Part shown: piece after piece, positions 39,233 to 50,000 of the stretch | Layout of the letters: each line of letters starts with the position of its first letter | Position numbering within the stretch: the first letter of the stretch is position 1 | DNA from: an uncultured Gemmatimonadota bacterium | GTDB lineage: Bacteria > JAAXHH01 | NCBI GenBank assembly: GCA_951812955.1 | Contig: OX638340.1 | Span: 2,944,001-3,008,000 of the forward strand | Length of the DNA: 64,000 bases | Reading direction: 5' to 3' | Program-made: the position numbers and the translations under genes | The notes under the pieces: generated by a model | Seen by the model: the letters and a program-made list of their open reading frames with translations, nothing else | Database searches by the model: none | Told to the model about the DNA's origin: nothing

Positions 39233-40258
39233 TCAGTCGAGACCGGCGGGACCGATCTCGTAAAGAATCCGGCCGATCTCCCGCAGGAACTCGGGGATGC
39301 CTTCGCCGGTGGCGGATGAGATCGCCAGCACGGGGTTATTGCGTTGCCCGGCGTGTTTGCCGCGGACGGGATCCACCGGGAGACTTTCCAGCATGGAACG
39401 ATCCACGATCAGGTCCAGTTTGGAAAACACGACCAGGGCGGGACGGGAAAGGAGTACGGAGTTGAACTCGCGGAGTTCGCTGACGAGCACCTCATAGTCG
39501 TGCAGGGGATCGGGCTGGCTCGCGTCGAGCAGAAAGACGAGGATCCGGGTCCGCTCGATGTGTCGGAGAAACTGGTGGCCGAGGCCCTTGCCTTCATGGG
39601 CGCCCTCGATCAGGCCCGGGATGTCCGCCATGACGAAGCGGTCGTATTCCCCCAGCTTGACGATGCCCAGGTTGGGTTCGAGGGTGGTGAAGGGATAGTC
39701 GGCGATTTTGGGTCTTACGGCGGACAGGCGGGACAATAGGGTGGACTTACCCGCGTTCGGATGACCGACCAGCCCCACGTCGGCGATCAGCTTCAGTTCG
39801 AGTTCGAGCAGGCGTTCCTCGCCCAACTGGCCTTCTTCCCAGCGACGGGGCGCCCGGTTGGTAGAGGTGGCGAAGGCCGAGTTGCCACGGCCTCCGTTTC
39901 CCCCGCGGGCGATGACCAGGGTCTGGTCCTCCCCGACCATGTCTGAGATTACCGACCCGGTCTCCCGGTCCTTGACGATGGTCCCGGGGGGGACGCCGAT
40001 CACCAGATCCGGCGCGTTCCGCCCATGCATGTCCTTACCCAGTCCGTGCGTGCCGTTCCTTGCCCGGTAAAGGTGCTGGAACTGGAAATCGAGCAGGGTG
40101 CGCTTGCCCGGGTCGACCCGCAGGACGACATGGCCGCCGTCGCCTCCGTGGCCGCCGTCCGGCCCGCCCCGCGGTACGTTCTTCTCACGCCGGAAACTGC
40201 AGCAGCCGTTGCCGCCGCGCCCGGCTTTTACGTGGATTCTCGCAAAGTCGACGAACAT
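39233..40258 (-). CDS. obg: GTPase Obg/CgtA
   Basis: Obg fold N-terminus (GGNGGRGG-type glycine-rich) and a G domain (GHPNAGKSTLL, DIPGLIEGA). Confidence 0.92.
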   Translation of the reverse strand: MFVDFARIHVKAGRGGNGCCSFRREKNVPRGGPDGGHGGDGGHVVLRVDPGKRTLLDFQFQHLYRARNGTHGLGKDMHGRNAPDLVIGVPPGTIVKDRETGSVISDMVGEDQTLVIARGGNGGRGNSAFATSTNRAPRRWEEGQLGEERLLELELKLIADVGLVGHPNAGKSTLLSRLSAVRPKIADYPFTTLEPNLGIVKLGEYDRFVMADIPGLIEGAHEGKGLGHQFLRHIERTRILVFLLDASQPDPLHDYEVLVSELREFNSVLLSRPALVVFSKLDLIVDRSMLESLPVDPVRGKHAGQRNNPVLAISSATGEGIPEFLREIGRILYEIGPAGLD

Positions 40259-40318
40259 GGGATATATCCGGGGTAACCCATCATCCGCGTTCGGTTAAAC
40301 GGACGCAGCGATCGATAT

Positions 40319-41548
40319 CTACATCCGTTCTATGATGGCGGTGCCGAATTCCGAGCACCTTACTTCCTTCGCGCTGTCCATCAGCCTGGCGAAATCGTAG
40401 GTCACGATCCTGTCCGCTATGGCCTTTTCGATACCCTGAACGATGAGGTCGGCCGCTTCGTCCCACCCGAGATGCCGGAGCATCAACTCGCCTGAAAGAA
40501 CGACCGAGCCGGGGTTGACCTTGTCCTGATTTGCGTATTTCGGCGCCGTGCCGTGGGTCGCTTCGAACACGGCATGCCCGGTAAGGTAGTTTATGTTGCC
40601 GCCCGGCGCGATGCCGATACCGCCCACCTGGGCAGCCAGCGCGTCGGAGATGTAATCGCCGTTCAGGTTCATGGTGGCGATGACGTCGAACTCGTCGGGA
40701 CGGGTCAGGATTTGCTGAAGGAAAATATCGGCGATGGCGTCCTTGATCAGGATCCTGCCTTGCGGGACGTTGCCCTGGCATTCGTCCCAGCTGATCAGCC
40801 GGTCCGGATACTCCTCCGCCGCGAGTTCGTATCCCCACTTCTGGAACGCGCCTTCGGTGTATTTCTGGATGTTGCCCTTGTGCACCAGCGTGACGCTATT
40901 TCGGTTCCGCGCGATGGCGTACTCGATCGCCGCCCGGATCAACCGCTTGCTTCCGGCCTCGCTGATCGGCTTGATGGCGATGCCCGAATCGGACCGGATG
41001 TCCCATCCGAACTGTTCCCTGCAGAATGCGATCAGCCTGCCGGCCTCGTCGCTGTAGGCCTCATGTTCCTTTCCTGCGTATACGTCCTCCGTATTTTCGC
41101 GGAAGATGACCATGTCCACTTTTTCGGGATGACGCACGGGACTGGGCACCCCGGTGAACCATCGTACGGGTCTCAGGCAAACGTACAGGTCGAGGATCTG
41201 GCGCAGCGCCACGTTCAGACTGCGGATACCGCCCCCCACAGGGGTGGTCAGGGGACCCTTGATCCCCACCAGGTATTCCTGGAAACGCGCCACGGTCTCG
41301 TCCGGCAGCCAACTGCCTGTAAGGTTGAAAGCTTTCTCTCCTGCCAGCACCTCGTGCCACCTGATGCGCCGATCTCCGCCGTACGCCTTTTCAACGGCGG
41401 CTTCGAAAACGCGTTGCGCCGTCCTCCATATATCAGGTCCCGTGCCGTCGCCCTCGATAAAGGGAATGACCGGCTGGTCGGGGACGTTCAGCACGCCCCG
41501 GTCATCAATGGTGATGGGTTGTCCACCAGCGGGTGGTTTAGTCGTCAT
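40319..41548 (-). CDS. icd: NADP-dependent isocitrate dehydrogenase
   Basis: 409 aa with isocitrate/isopropylmalate dehydrogenase signature blocks (NLNGDYISD). Confidence 0.92.
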   Translation of the reverse strand: MTTKPPAGGQPITIDDRGVLNVPDQPVIPFIEGDGTGPDIWRTAQRVFEAAVEKAYGGDRRIRWHEVLAGEKAFNLTGSWLPDETVARFQEYLVGIKGPLTTPVGGGIRSLNVALRQILDLYVCLRPVRWFTGVPSPVRHPEKVDMVIFRENTEDVYAGKEHEAYSDEAGRLIAFCREQFGWDIRSDSGIAIKPISEAGSKRLIRAAIEYAIARNRNSVTLVHKGNIQKYTEGAFQKWGYELAAEEYPDRLISWDECQGNVPQGRILIKDAIADIFLQQILTRPDEFDVIATMNLNGDYISDALAAQVGGIGIAPGGNINYLTGHAVFEATHGTAPKYANQDKVNPGSVVLSGELMLRHLGWDEAADLIVQGIEKAIADRIVTYDFARLMDSAKEVRCSEFGTAIIERM

Positions 41549-41584
41549 GCGGGTTTCTTCCTCCTTCTGCCGAATGGATAATTA

Positions 41585-42508
41585 CTATATGCCGAGTTCG
41601 TCCAGGCTCTCCTGGTACACCGAGGCGGAAGCATGCAGCGCCGTGCGCTCGTCGTCCGACAACTCCAGTTCGATCACTTCTTCTATACCCGCGCTACCCA
41701 GCTTGACGGGCACCCCGACACAGACGTCCTGCAGTCCGTATTCCCCTTGCAGCATTACCGACGCGGGCAGCACGCGATTCTTGCCTTTCAGGACGGATTC
41801 CACCATCTGGACAACGGAGGCCGCGGGGGCGTAGTAGGCGCTGCCCGTCTTGAGGTAGTTGACGATCTCAGCGCCGCCGTCGCGGGTACGTTGCACGATG
41901 CGGTCGATGGCCTCACGAGGCAAAAGTTCGGTGATGGGAATACCGGAGACCGTCGTGTAACGGGGAATGGGGACCATGGTGTCGCCGTGTCCACCCAGAA
42001 TGATCGCCTGGGTATCTTCCATGGATACGCCCAGTTCCATGGCGACAAAGCTGCGGTATCGGGCGCAGTCGAGTACACCGGCCTGCCCGTAAACGCGTTT
42101 TCGCCCGAATCCCGATACCTTGAGGGCGATATAGGTCATGACGTCCAGCGGGTTGCTGACCATCAGGATCTGGGAATCCGGCGCGTACTTTACAATGTTT
42201 TCGGTGACCGACGTGATGATTTCCGCGTTCTTCTTCAGCAGGTCGAGCCGGTCCATGCCCGGCTTGCGGGCCAGACCGGCGGTGACCACCACGAGCGCGG
42301 CGTCTTCCAGGGCTGCGAAATCGTTGGATCCTTCTATCGCCGAATCATATCCCAGTACGGGTCCGGCTTCCATCATGTCCAGTCCCTTGCCTTGCGGGAT
42401 CCCGTCGACGACGTCGATGAGGGCGATATCGCCCAGTTCTTTCTGCGCGGCGTAAAGCGCCGCGGTCGCCCCCACGTTCCCCGCCCCGACAATGCCGATC
42501 TTTACCAT
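41585..42508 (-). CDS. mdh: Malate dehydrogenase (LDH-like MDH)
   Basis: KIGIVGAGNVGAT Rossmann motif, the substrate-specificity Arg, and GGHGDTMVP. Confidence 0.92.
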   Translation of the reverse strand: MVKIGIVGAGNVGATAALYAAQKELGDIALIDVVDGIPQGKGLDMMEAGPVLGYDSAIEGSNDFAALEDAALVVVTAGLARKPGMDRLDLLKKNAEIITSVTENIVKYAPDSQILMVSNPLDVMTYIALKVSGFGRKRVYGQAGVLDCARYRSFVAMELGVSMEDTQAIILGGHGDTMVPIPRYTTVSGIPITELLPREAIDRIVQRTRDGGAEIVNYLKTGSAYYAPAASVVQMVESVLKGKNRVLPASVMLQGEYGLQDVCVGVPVKLGSAGIEEVIELELSDDERTALHASASVYQESLDELGI

Positions 42509-42635
42509 TTGATCCTCCGTGGAATTACGATGTACCGGTCCTCGTCCAACCCGCTAGTGATGAAGAACCTTGCCAATTGCCGCATACTCGTGCCGGTCAC
42601 TCCCGGCTTTCCGTCCCGAGCGTCCCTTTTCCCGT

Positions 42636-43829
42636 TCATCGCGCCGTATTCATGTCGATCAGCAGCGACTCGCCGATAGCGTGATACCGGTCCGCTGCTT
42701 CCATCAGGTCCCGTGCCGTGTTGTGCGGGAAGGAGAACACCTCCACGCGCGGACCCAGTTCCTTGAGCAACTGGATCAGGGATACGAAATCACCATCGCC
42801 GCTGGCCAGGATGACGACGTCGACCTTTTCGGCCATTCTGATCATGTCGATGGCCATCTCCATGTCCCAGTCTCCCTTCGCGGAGCCGTCGCTGCGCCTG
42901 CGGAGGTCTTTCCGCTTAACCTGGTAACTGAACTGTTCCAGCATGGTAACGAACCCGCTCTGGTCCACTTCCGGAGTCTGAATCACGTATGCGTTCGCGC
43001 AAATCAGCCGCCTGTCACCCACGGCCGCCTGCAGGAGTTTCTCAAAATCCAGCCTGGCGGATATCCCGTAGTGCTGCCGCGCGGCGTACCACATGTTCTG
43101 CACGTCGATGAAGATGGCCACTCTCTCATCGATGGGGTGTCCGCGAACAACCTGCCCGCCGGGATCCGATTCGTGACGCAGGTTACTGAGTTGATCCACC
43201 TCCTGGCGGACGGCCTTTAAGGCTTTAAGGACGTCCATGCAGTGCGTCTCGATGTGTTTTACGGTGTCCCGAATAGCCGATCCCAGGTCCCGCGCCGCCG
43301 GGGAGGAGGGTACTCCCGCGGCCTCACCGTCCAGAACCGAATCACCCCGCAGGTACGGGAACGCCGTTTCTTCCGATACTCCAGACCGGGCGGGATCCGC
43401 CGGGGTCCGGTTCAGGAGTTCAATGGCTGGAGCGTGCACGGCCTCCCGCTCATCCAGCAGCATGGCCGTCGCCAGCCGCCCGCACTCCCGGCTGTAGGCG
43501 CTGGTGCGATCGCCCAGCAGCGAACCGATGCGCCCGGGGGACGTCGCGCCGACCCTCGAAATCTCCCTGGCGCTGGATTGAACCAGGGTACTGACGACCT
43601 GGGCAGCCGTGACCTCACGCTCGAAACAGTCCCTGGCAAGCTGAGTTGCCAGCACATGGGTCTCCGTGGACTCCAGGTCCTGGCCGTCGCTGGCCAGGCC
43701 GCAGATGTGGCAGAGTTTGGCGATCAAACTACGGTCGAGGGCGAGTTCCAGAAGCCGTGCCAGTCCGCTCTCGTCGACCCTTCTGAAGAGATGCCGGTAG
43801 TCCGGTAGTGTGTTGTGCCGATTCTCCAT
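42636..43829 (-). CDS. NYN (LabA-like/PIN-like) domain protein with ~230-aa uncharacterised N-terminal domain
   Basis: C-terminal VAIFIDVQNMWY ... DVVILASGDGDF are NYN ribonuclease-like motifs. Confidence 0.6.
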   Translation of the reverse strand: MENRHNTLPDYRHLFRRVDESGLARLLELALDRSLIAKLCHICGLASDGQDLESTETHVLATQLARDCFEREVTAAQVVSTLVQSSAREISRVGATSPGRIGSLLGDRTSAYSRECGRLATAMLLDEREAVHAPAIELLNRTPADPARSGVSEETAFPYLRGDSVLDGEAAGVPSSPAARDLGSAIRDTVKHIETHCMDVLKALKAVRQEVDQLSNLRHESDPGGQVVRGHPIDERVAIFIDVQNMWYAARQHYGISARLDFEKLLQAAVGDRRLICANAYVIQTPEVDQSGFVTMLEQFSYQVKRKDLRRRSDGSAKGDWDMEMAIDMIRMAEKVDVVILASGDGDFVSLIQLLKELGPRVEVFSFPHNTARDLMEAADRYHAIGESLLIDMNTAR

Positions 43830-43871
43830 GTCTCCACCGAGCTTTCGACAGGCTGCCGCGGTACCTCGCGG

Positions 43872-45083
43872 TCATCCCGCCAATGACGAAAGTCCTTTCT
43901 CTACCCGGTCCATCCCTTGCTCGATAACATCCAGGGTGGTTGCGTAGGAAAACCGCAGGCATCCTTCCGTCCCGAAGGCGGCGCCGGGCGCCGAGACGAC
44001 CTGGTACGCCTCGAGCAGGTACATTGCGAGGTCCAGCGATCCCTCGATGGGACTCCCGTCGGGCCGGCTGTGGCCCGAATAGGCCGACATGTCCGGGAAT
44101 ACGTAGAACGCGCCGCCGGGCCGGGCGCACGTCACGCCTTCCATGTTTTCCAGTCTTTCTATAATGTAGTTCCGGCGTTGATCGAATGCCCGAATCATGG
44201 GGGGCAGGAAGTCCTCGGGACCGGTCAGTGCGGTAATGGCCGCATGCTGGGTGATGGCGCTCGGATGCATGACGGTCTGCCCCTGGAACTTCACGACCAG
44301 ATCCATCACTTCTGCGGGACCGGCGGCGTAACCCAGGCGCCAACCGGTCATGGCGTACGCCTTGGACAGCCCGTTGACCACCAGCGCCTGTTCCTTCATC
44401 CGCGGATGAAGGGCCGCGATGCTCTCGTGGCGATGACCGTCATACAGGATTTTCTCGTACAACTCGTCGGTTATGACGAATATCCCGGATTCCATGACCA
44501 CTTCGGCAATGGCGTCGAGTTCTTCACGTGTGTACACCATGCCGGTAGGATTGGAAGGGGTGTTCAGCATGAGTGCCTTGGTCTTCGGCGTAATCGCGGA
44601 CCGCACCTGGCCGGCCGTCACCTTGAAAGAAGAGGATGAATCCGTATCCAGTACCACCGGCACGGCGCCCGCCAGTTTCACCATCTCGGGATAACTGACC
44701 CAGTATGGCGCCGGGACGAGGACTTCGTCTCCTTCGTCGCAGATCACGTATAGCAGGTTGTACAGGGCGTGCTTGCCGCCGGATGTCGTAGCAATTTGGT
44801 TTGGAGCGTACTCGAGTCCGTTATCCCTGGCCAGCTTGTGGCAGATCGCTTCCTTCAGGTCCAGGATGCCGGTCGCGGGTGTATACCGTGTTATGTTCTC
44901 CCTTATCGCCTCCATGCCCGCTTCCTTGATGTGCTCCGGCGTGGGGAAGTCCGGTTCACCCACGGCGAAGTTGAACACATCGACGCCGTCGCGTTTCATC
45001 GCGATGGCGCGTTCGTTGAGCACGGTGGTCGCGGAGGGTGCGATGCGATCCAGTTTTCGGGAAAGGGGACGTATAACAGGCAT
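43872..45083 (-). CDS. Aspartate/aromatic aminotransferase (PLP class I)
   Basis: NFAVGEPDFPTP ... NPTG ... SKAYAMTGWRLGY (PLP Lys). Confidence 0.9.
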   Translation of the reverse strand: MPVIRPLSRKLDRIAPSATTVLNERAIAMKRDGVDVFNFAVGEPDFPTPEHIKEAGMEAIRENITRYTPATGILDLKEAICHKLARDNGLEYAPNQIATTSGGKHALYNLLYVICDEGDEVLVPAPYWVSYPEMVKLAGAVPVVLDTDSSSSFKVTAGQVRSAITPKTKALMLNTPSNPTGMVYTREELDAIAEVVMESGIFVITDELYEKILYDGHRHESIAALHPRMKEQALVVNGLSKAYAMTGWRLGYAAGPAEVMDLVVKFQGQTVMHPSAITQHAAITALTGPEDFLPPMIRAFDQRRNYIIERLENMEGVTCARPGGAFYVFPDMSAYSGHSRPDGSPIEGSLDLAMYLLEAYQVVSAPGAAFGTEGCLRFSYATTLDVIEQGMDRVEKGLSSLAG

Positions 45084-45132
45084 TGGAATGGGGCGGCGCG
45101 TGGTGTGGGTCAGGCTTTAGTATGACCAGCGC

Positions 45133-45618
45133 TCAGGTGGTCGACCCGCGCTTCTCCGATAGCGCATTTAACACGGGAGGCGGGACTTGATGGCTTACAT
45201 CGCCACCGAATCGGAAGACCTCTTTGACGAGCGAAGAACTCACGTACACCGATGGTTCCCCGGGAAAGAACGAGACCGTGACCACCGTTGGGGCCAGGTG
45301 TCGGTTCATGAGCGCCATCTGGGATTCTGTTTCCAGGTCTCCGGTCGATCGAACACCACGGACAATGGCGCCTGCGTCTAAACTTTTTGCCAGGTCGACG
45401 GTCAACCCGTCCGAAGATAGTACTTCGACCCCTGACCAGCCATCCACGGCCCGCCGGAACAGGTCCACCCGTTCATCCACCGAGAACATCGGGTGCTTGC
45501 CTATGTTGGGCGCAACGGCCACCACGACCCGGTCGAACACGGCCAGCGCCTGTCTCAGTACGTCCAGATGTCCGTTGGTCACCGGATCGAAAGTACCGGG
45601 ATACACCGCAACTTTCAT
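45133..45618 (-). CDS. coaD: Phosphopantetheine adenylyltransferase
   Basis: AVYPGTFDPVTNGHLD nucleotidyltransferase motif; 161 aa. Confidence 0.92.
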   Translation of the reverse strand: MKVAVYPGTFDPVTNGHLDVLRQALAVFDRVVVAVAPNIGKHPMFSVDERVDLFRRAVDGWSGVEVLSSDGLTVDLAKSLDAGAIVRGVRSTGDLETESQMALMNRHLAPTVVTVSFFPGEPSVYVSSSLVKEVFRFGGDVSHQVPPPVLNALSEKRGSTT

Positions 45619-46343
45619 CGCCGGGTTCTCGATGAAGGAGGTGGAAGAACTGTAGGAAGGATTTCCGACCGGTTCACGGTCGCTGCCGGTACGGGCTGAA
45701 AGAACGACAGCGCCGTGTCTCCGATGTTCCGTCTGCGCGTCAGATCGAGACCGGGGCAGGTTTCCAGTGGATCGTCTCCGTGATGCTCCAGGACGAGCAG
45801 GCCACCTGGAGCCAATACGTTTCGTTCGCCAACGGTTCGGACAATTTCCTGGGCGACCGGATCGCCATAGGGTGGATCTGCGAGAATGACATCCACCACA
45901 CAGGCATGGTCGGCGAGTTGTCGGAGTCCCAGGATCGCATCCGTCATCCAGACCTTGGCCTTTCTGTTCGATGGGTTCTGTTCAAGCGGTAACCGCCCGT
46001 CATGCGGGACTTGCCCGTCATACGGGCCAGAACGGACAGGCTGACCTGGCTGACCAGGCTGTCCAGGCTGACCACCGAATTCGCAGCGGACCAGGTTGTC
46101 TCTTATCATCCGTACGGCACGCCGGTCGCTGTCGATGAACAGACAGCAGCGCGCCCCCCGGCTCAACGCTTCGATGCCCAGGCTCCCGCTGCCGGCACAC
46201 AGGTCCACCACCGTGCCATCGACGATCCTTACCGACAGGATGTCAAACAACGATCCGCGTACGCGGCTGCCGGTGGGACGCATGGCGCCGGTTACGGTCT
46301 TAAGCCGCCGGCCTTTGGCGGTACCCGTACCGATTCGCAGCAT
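45615..46343 (-). CDS. rsmD: 16S rRNA (guanine966-N2)-methyltransferase RsmD, with internal (GQP)n low-complexity insertion
   Basis: DLCAGSGSLGIEALSRGA and DPPY methyltransferase motifs. A 4-nt overlap with coaD matches the conserved rsmD-coaD pair. Confidence 0.85.
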   Translation of the reverse strand: MLRIGTGTAKGRRLKTVTGAMRPTGSRVRGSLFDILSVRIVDGTVVDLCAGSGSLGIEALSRGARCCLFIDSDRRAVRMIRDNLVRCEFGGQPGQPGQPGQPVRSGPYDGQVPHDGRLPLEQNPSNRKAKVWMTDAILGLRQLADHACVVDVILADPPYGDPVAQEIVRTVGERNVLAPGGLLVLEHHGDDPLETCPGLDLTRRRNIGDTALSFFQPVPAATVNRSEILPTVLPPPSSRTRR

Positions 46344-46389
46344 AATCCCCCACTTCCGGCCATTACCGTTCGGACCACATCGAAAATAG

Positions 46390-46418
46390 AATTTCAGGGG
46401 GTGAATGTCAACAAAAAA
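46390..46418 (-). promoter_or_regulatory. Candidate sigma70 promoter (TTGACA-17-TATTTT) for rsmD-coaD
   Basis: Read on the minus strand upstream of the rsmD start. Confidence 0.35.
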
Positions 46419-46447
46419 GCCCGGAGAGAACCCCTGTACCCGGGCTG
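46413..46447 (-). terminator. Rho-independent terminator downstream of comEA
   Basis: Minus-strand RNA AGCCCGG-(15-nt loop)-CCGGGCU followed by UUUUUU. Confidence 0.5.
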
Positions 46448-46494
46448 TTCGCGAGGTTATGCGACCAGGTGTTCCATGGGCGCTGGCCAGCCGC

Positions 46495-47025
46495 TCACTT
46501 CAGTTCCACGAAGGGGCGTAAACGGCCGAGTTTGGCGGGGCCGATTCCCTTTACTTCGAGCAGTTGTTCAACGCTTGCGAAGTGTCCTGACCGTTGCCGG
46601 TAGGCGATTATCTCCGCCGCCAGTTTCGGCCCGATGCCTGGAAGTTTCTGAAGTTCGGACGCAGGGGCGGTATTTACAGGCACTTGCAGGCCGCCGGCCG
46701 ATGAGGCCGGTTTCGAAGAGACTCCGGCGGCCGGGTATCCTGAATCCGACCTCCTGGGGTCGGCAGAAGGATCCGTAACGTTCCCGGCGGCCTTCTGCCC
46801 TTCGATTTCACGCGCCCCGGCTGGAGACTGCACCGCACCGGCCGCGGTGGTTCCCGAGACTGGCACCCTCTCGGGGCGGACTCCGGCATTAGGCCGTCCT
46901 ACGGCAGGGGCCGGTCCCAGATCGGGCAGGAAACCCGAATCGTACTGTTTCACGAGCAGAACGAAGGCTCCAACCAGCATACTGACCGCAACGAAAATGA
47001 CGGCTTGAATTTCCGCTCTCGTCAT
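46495..47025 (-). CDS. comEA: ComEA-like helix-hairpin-helix DNA-binding competence protein
   Basis: N-terminal TM anchor and C-terminal tandem HhH (VNTAPASELQKLPGIGPKLAAEIIAYR...GIGPAKL). Confidence 0.85.
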   Translation of the reverse strand: MTRAEIQAVIFVAVSMLVGAFVLLVKQYDSGFLPDLGPAPAVGRPNAGVRPERVPVSGTTAAGAVQSPAGAREIEGQKAAGNVTDPSADPRRSDSGYPAAGVSSKPASSAGGLQVPVNTAPASELQKLPGIGPKLAAEIIAYRQRSGHFASVEQLLEVKGIGPAKLGRLRPFVELK

Positions 47026-47098
47026 GGTTTGACCGTTCGATAGCCTTAGATGGTGCGTCGAAGCCGATTCTGTTACACCGGCGACACGGCAAGACCGG

Positions 47099-50000
47099 TC
47101 AGTTGAAAACGAACTCGGTCCACAGCCCGCCGCCTCGCCGAATCCGTTTCTGCCGGGTGATTACATTCAGCGTATTCGTAAACTCGAGCGTGACGCCGCC
47201 GCGGATGTACCTGCTGAACCGATAGTCCGTCGTGACCGAGAACCGGTTCTGATTCTGTCCGTTGCTGGGTTGGAAATCGCCGGCTATCCGCGATATAAGC
47301 GTCTCGTTGGTATTCCGGGTGTATTGCAGCCGGGCGTTAATGTCCCCGCTCGTCCGCTTCCCGAAGATCCGGATACCGGACCTGAGCCGGTAGTCCACCG
47401 CGACAGTGAGTGACCTGTTCTGCTGTTTCTGGTCGGTCGCGTTCCGTCCGAACTCGGTCAATCCGTCTAATGTTGTAAAGTTGCCTCGAATCACCACGCC
47501 CGCGTTCAGATCGAAGACGAAGCCGATCAGAGGAGACAGGGAAGTCGTGGTCGTCCGGGTGATACCGGCTTCACCAGGGTCCGTATCTCCCGCAGACCCC
47601 TGCGCGACCGCGGGGGCCACCTGCCCCAGGTCGGTGTTCTTCCCCTTGCGTCTCGAGTACCCGCTGGACAGTTCGATGCGGCGGAAGCTCCGGCCGAAGT
47701 CGCCCATGCTCCTGAGATTGGGACTCCACCGCAGGTTTACTTCAGGCCATGTGGTGTTATTCTGCTTCCGGTTCAGATTTGAGGACCGGTTATGGGTCGA
47801 CACCCACGTGGGCCGGATGGACAGGGTCGCGCCGCGTAACCGGATTCCCGTTCCCAGGTTGAAGGAAGACCGGTTCGCTTCCGACTCCTGGTTACGCTGG
47901 ATGCCGGTAACTCCGCCACCGGACCCCAGGGTATCGAACAGTACCGAGAAACTATCCGACAGCCCCATGCGTTCCCGCAAGGTCGGGCGGGATACCGCGT
48001 TGAAGAAGTTCTGGTTGCGGCTGATCGTGTAGTTCAGTGTGACCGGCGTGAAGTTACTCAAGACTGCGGCAAGCCGGTCCGACACGTTTCGTCGGAACCA
48101 TCCTGCGTCTTCTGGACTCGATCGTCGAGAAGATTCCCCGAGGACGTTCGATACCATTCTAGCCAAATTGACGTTCGTTCGCACGCCCTGCTGGTTGCTG
48201 AACGTGATGGTCCGCGCGCTTGGAGAAGCTCCGACAAGTTGCAACTGTGGATTCCGGTTCTCCGCGTAAGACGTGGTAAAGTTGTAGGACGGCCTGAACC
48301 AGGTCGTGATACCGGGACGATAGTCGACACCCAGGTTCTGGCGGTAGCTGGTTTCTGGACCGAATTCCAGCTTGGTAAAAGATACGGTGGAATCGGATTT
48401 CATGTCGTTGGAAACCGCGAGGTTGTAATTCATCCTCAAGGATCCGAAAGGTTCCATGATTGCCCGGATATTTCGGTTTAGATACCTGATGAAACGTTCG
48501 CCGCGGTCCGTACTTGCCGCCTCCGTTTCACCGGTGTTTCCGGCCACGACGGACTGCCTCGCCCTGTTGAGGTAGATCCGCCTGTCGCGATTTACTTCCG
48601 AGAACAACTCCAGTCGTACGGGCAGCGGGTTGAAAGTCAGTCCTGAAATAGACTCCGGCAATGGCATCCATCTTAGAATCGGCCACTGGATCTTAGAGCG
48701 CGGGGTCAGGTTGTAATGCAGTCGGGCCCGGTAGGAGCCGGACGTATCGATCCTGGAGACCGAGTGACGGAAATAACTGGTCGACGTGAAATCGAACCGG
48801 AATCGCTCCAGGGTCCAGGCGACGAAGGGATTCCTTGAACCGATACGCTTGGAGAAAGAAGCCGAAAACGAGCGGTCGTTGTTCTCCGTGCGCTGCGCTT
48901 CACGCTGTTCCTGGTTCAACAGGACGATATCGGACCCTACCTGCAACCGCGGCAGCCTCAGGTCGTTCTTCCAGCGGAGACGGAGTGGAATGGACAGTCC
49001 CCAGTCTTCCGGCAGCATGTTTCCCAGATTCAACAGGGAGGAAAAGTTTATCAAAGTGGATCTGCTCCCTGATTCTTCACCGCCAATCCTGCGGAAGTGA
49101 CTGCCCACGCTTCTGACGGTTCCGAACACTGATAAAACGTCGGCGAGATCGGCGTCGAACTTCAGTCGGCCGGCAAGTCCCCGGTCGCGCCTGACATCGC
49201 CCGCCCTCAGTTCGTCCAACCAGAGCTCACCTCCCACCAGAACCTGGTCGTAAGGATTGTAAATCCCCACTGTGATATGGCGAACACGGGCCAGGGCGGG
49301 TGAACCCAGAACCCTGTACTGCCTGTTTCCCTCCAGTTCGACTATGGCCAGCGTAAGCCCCTCATTTCGAGGACCATCCTTGAATCGCACGGGACGTGAA
49401 ATCCCGTCGCTCAGCGTAACCGCATAGGTCGTATCCGTTGTCGTCACCGTCCTCCGCGCTGTTTCCGTTTCGCTCTTGAGGACCGTCAGATCGTCGAAAA
49501 CGACCCTGAGATGGTTCGCTTCGTCCCATCCGGGCAAGACACGCGTCCGATATTCGTAATAGTCGAATTCTCCGCTTCCGAATCGAATAAAAAACTCGGG
49601 CGATCGGCCTGGTTCGAAGTTGTCCGAGCCGTGAATGTAAAGCCGCAGCGTGTTGTAGAGCGTATAGTCCTGATCGGAAAACAGCGTACGATAAGCCTGT
49701 GCGCTGTGGTGCGGCTGCAGGTTGGTATAGGTGATGATCAGGGACTGTTCCTTGTTCTGGAGGCCGGTCACCCGGTCGTACTCGATGATCGCACCGGGAG
49801 GCGACGTATATTCACCCGGATTGTCGTATGTGTTCTTCACGGCGACATCGAAAGTCTCTCCGGCGGCGGACAACGCGGAAGCAGGAACCGGATTGCCGGT
49901 GGAATCGGTTATCGCCCCGGTAAAGTCTTCCTGCCATTGGTTGCCGACGATATTGATGGAGGCGATACGCGTTTTTACCGGCTCGTCCACCTCCGTGATC

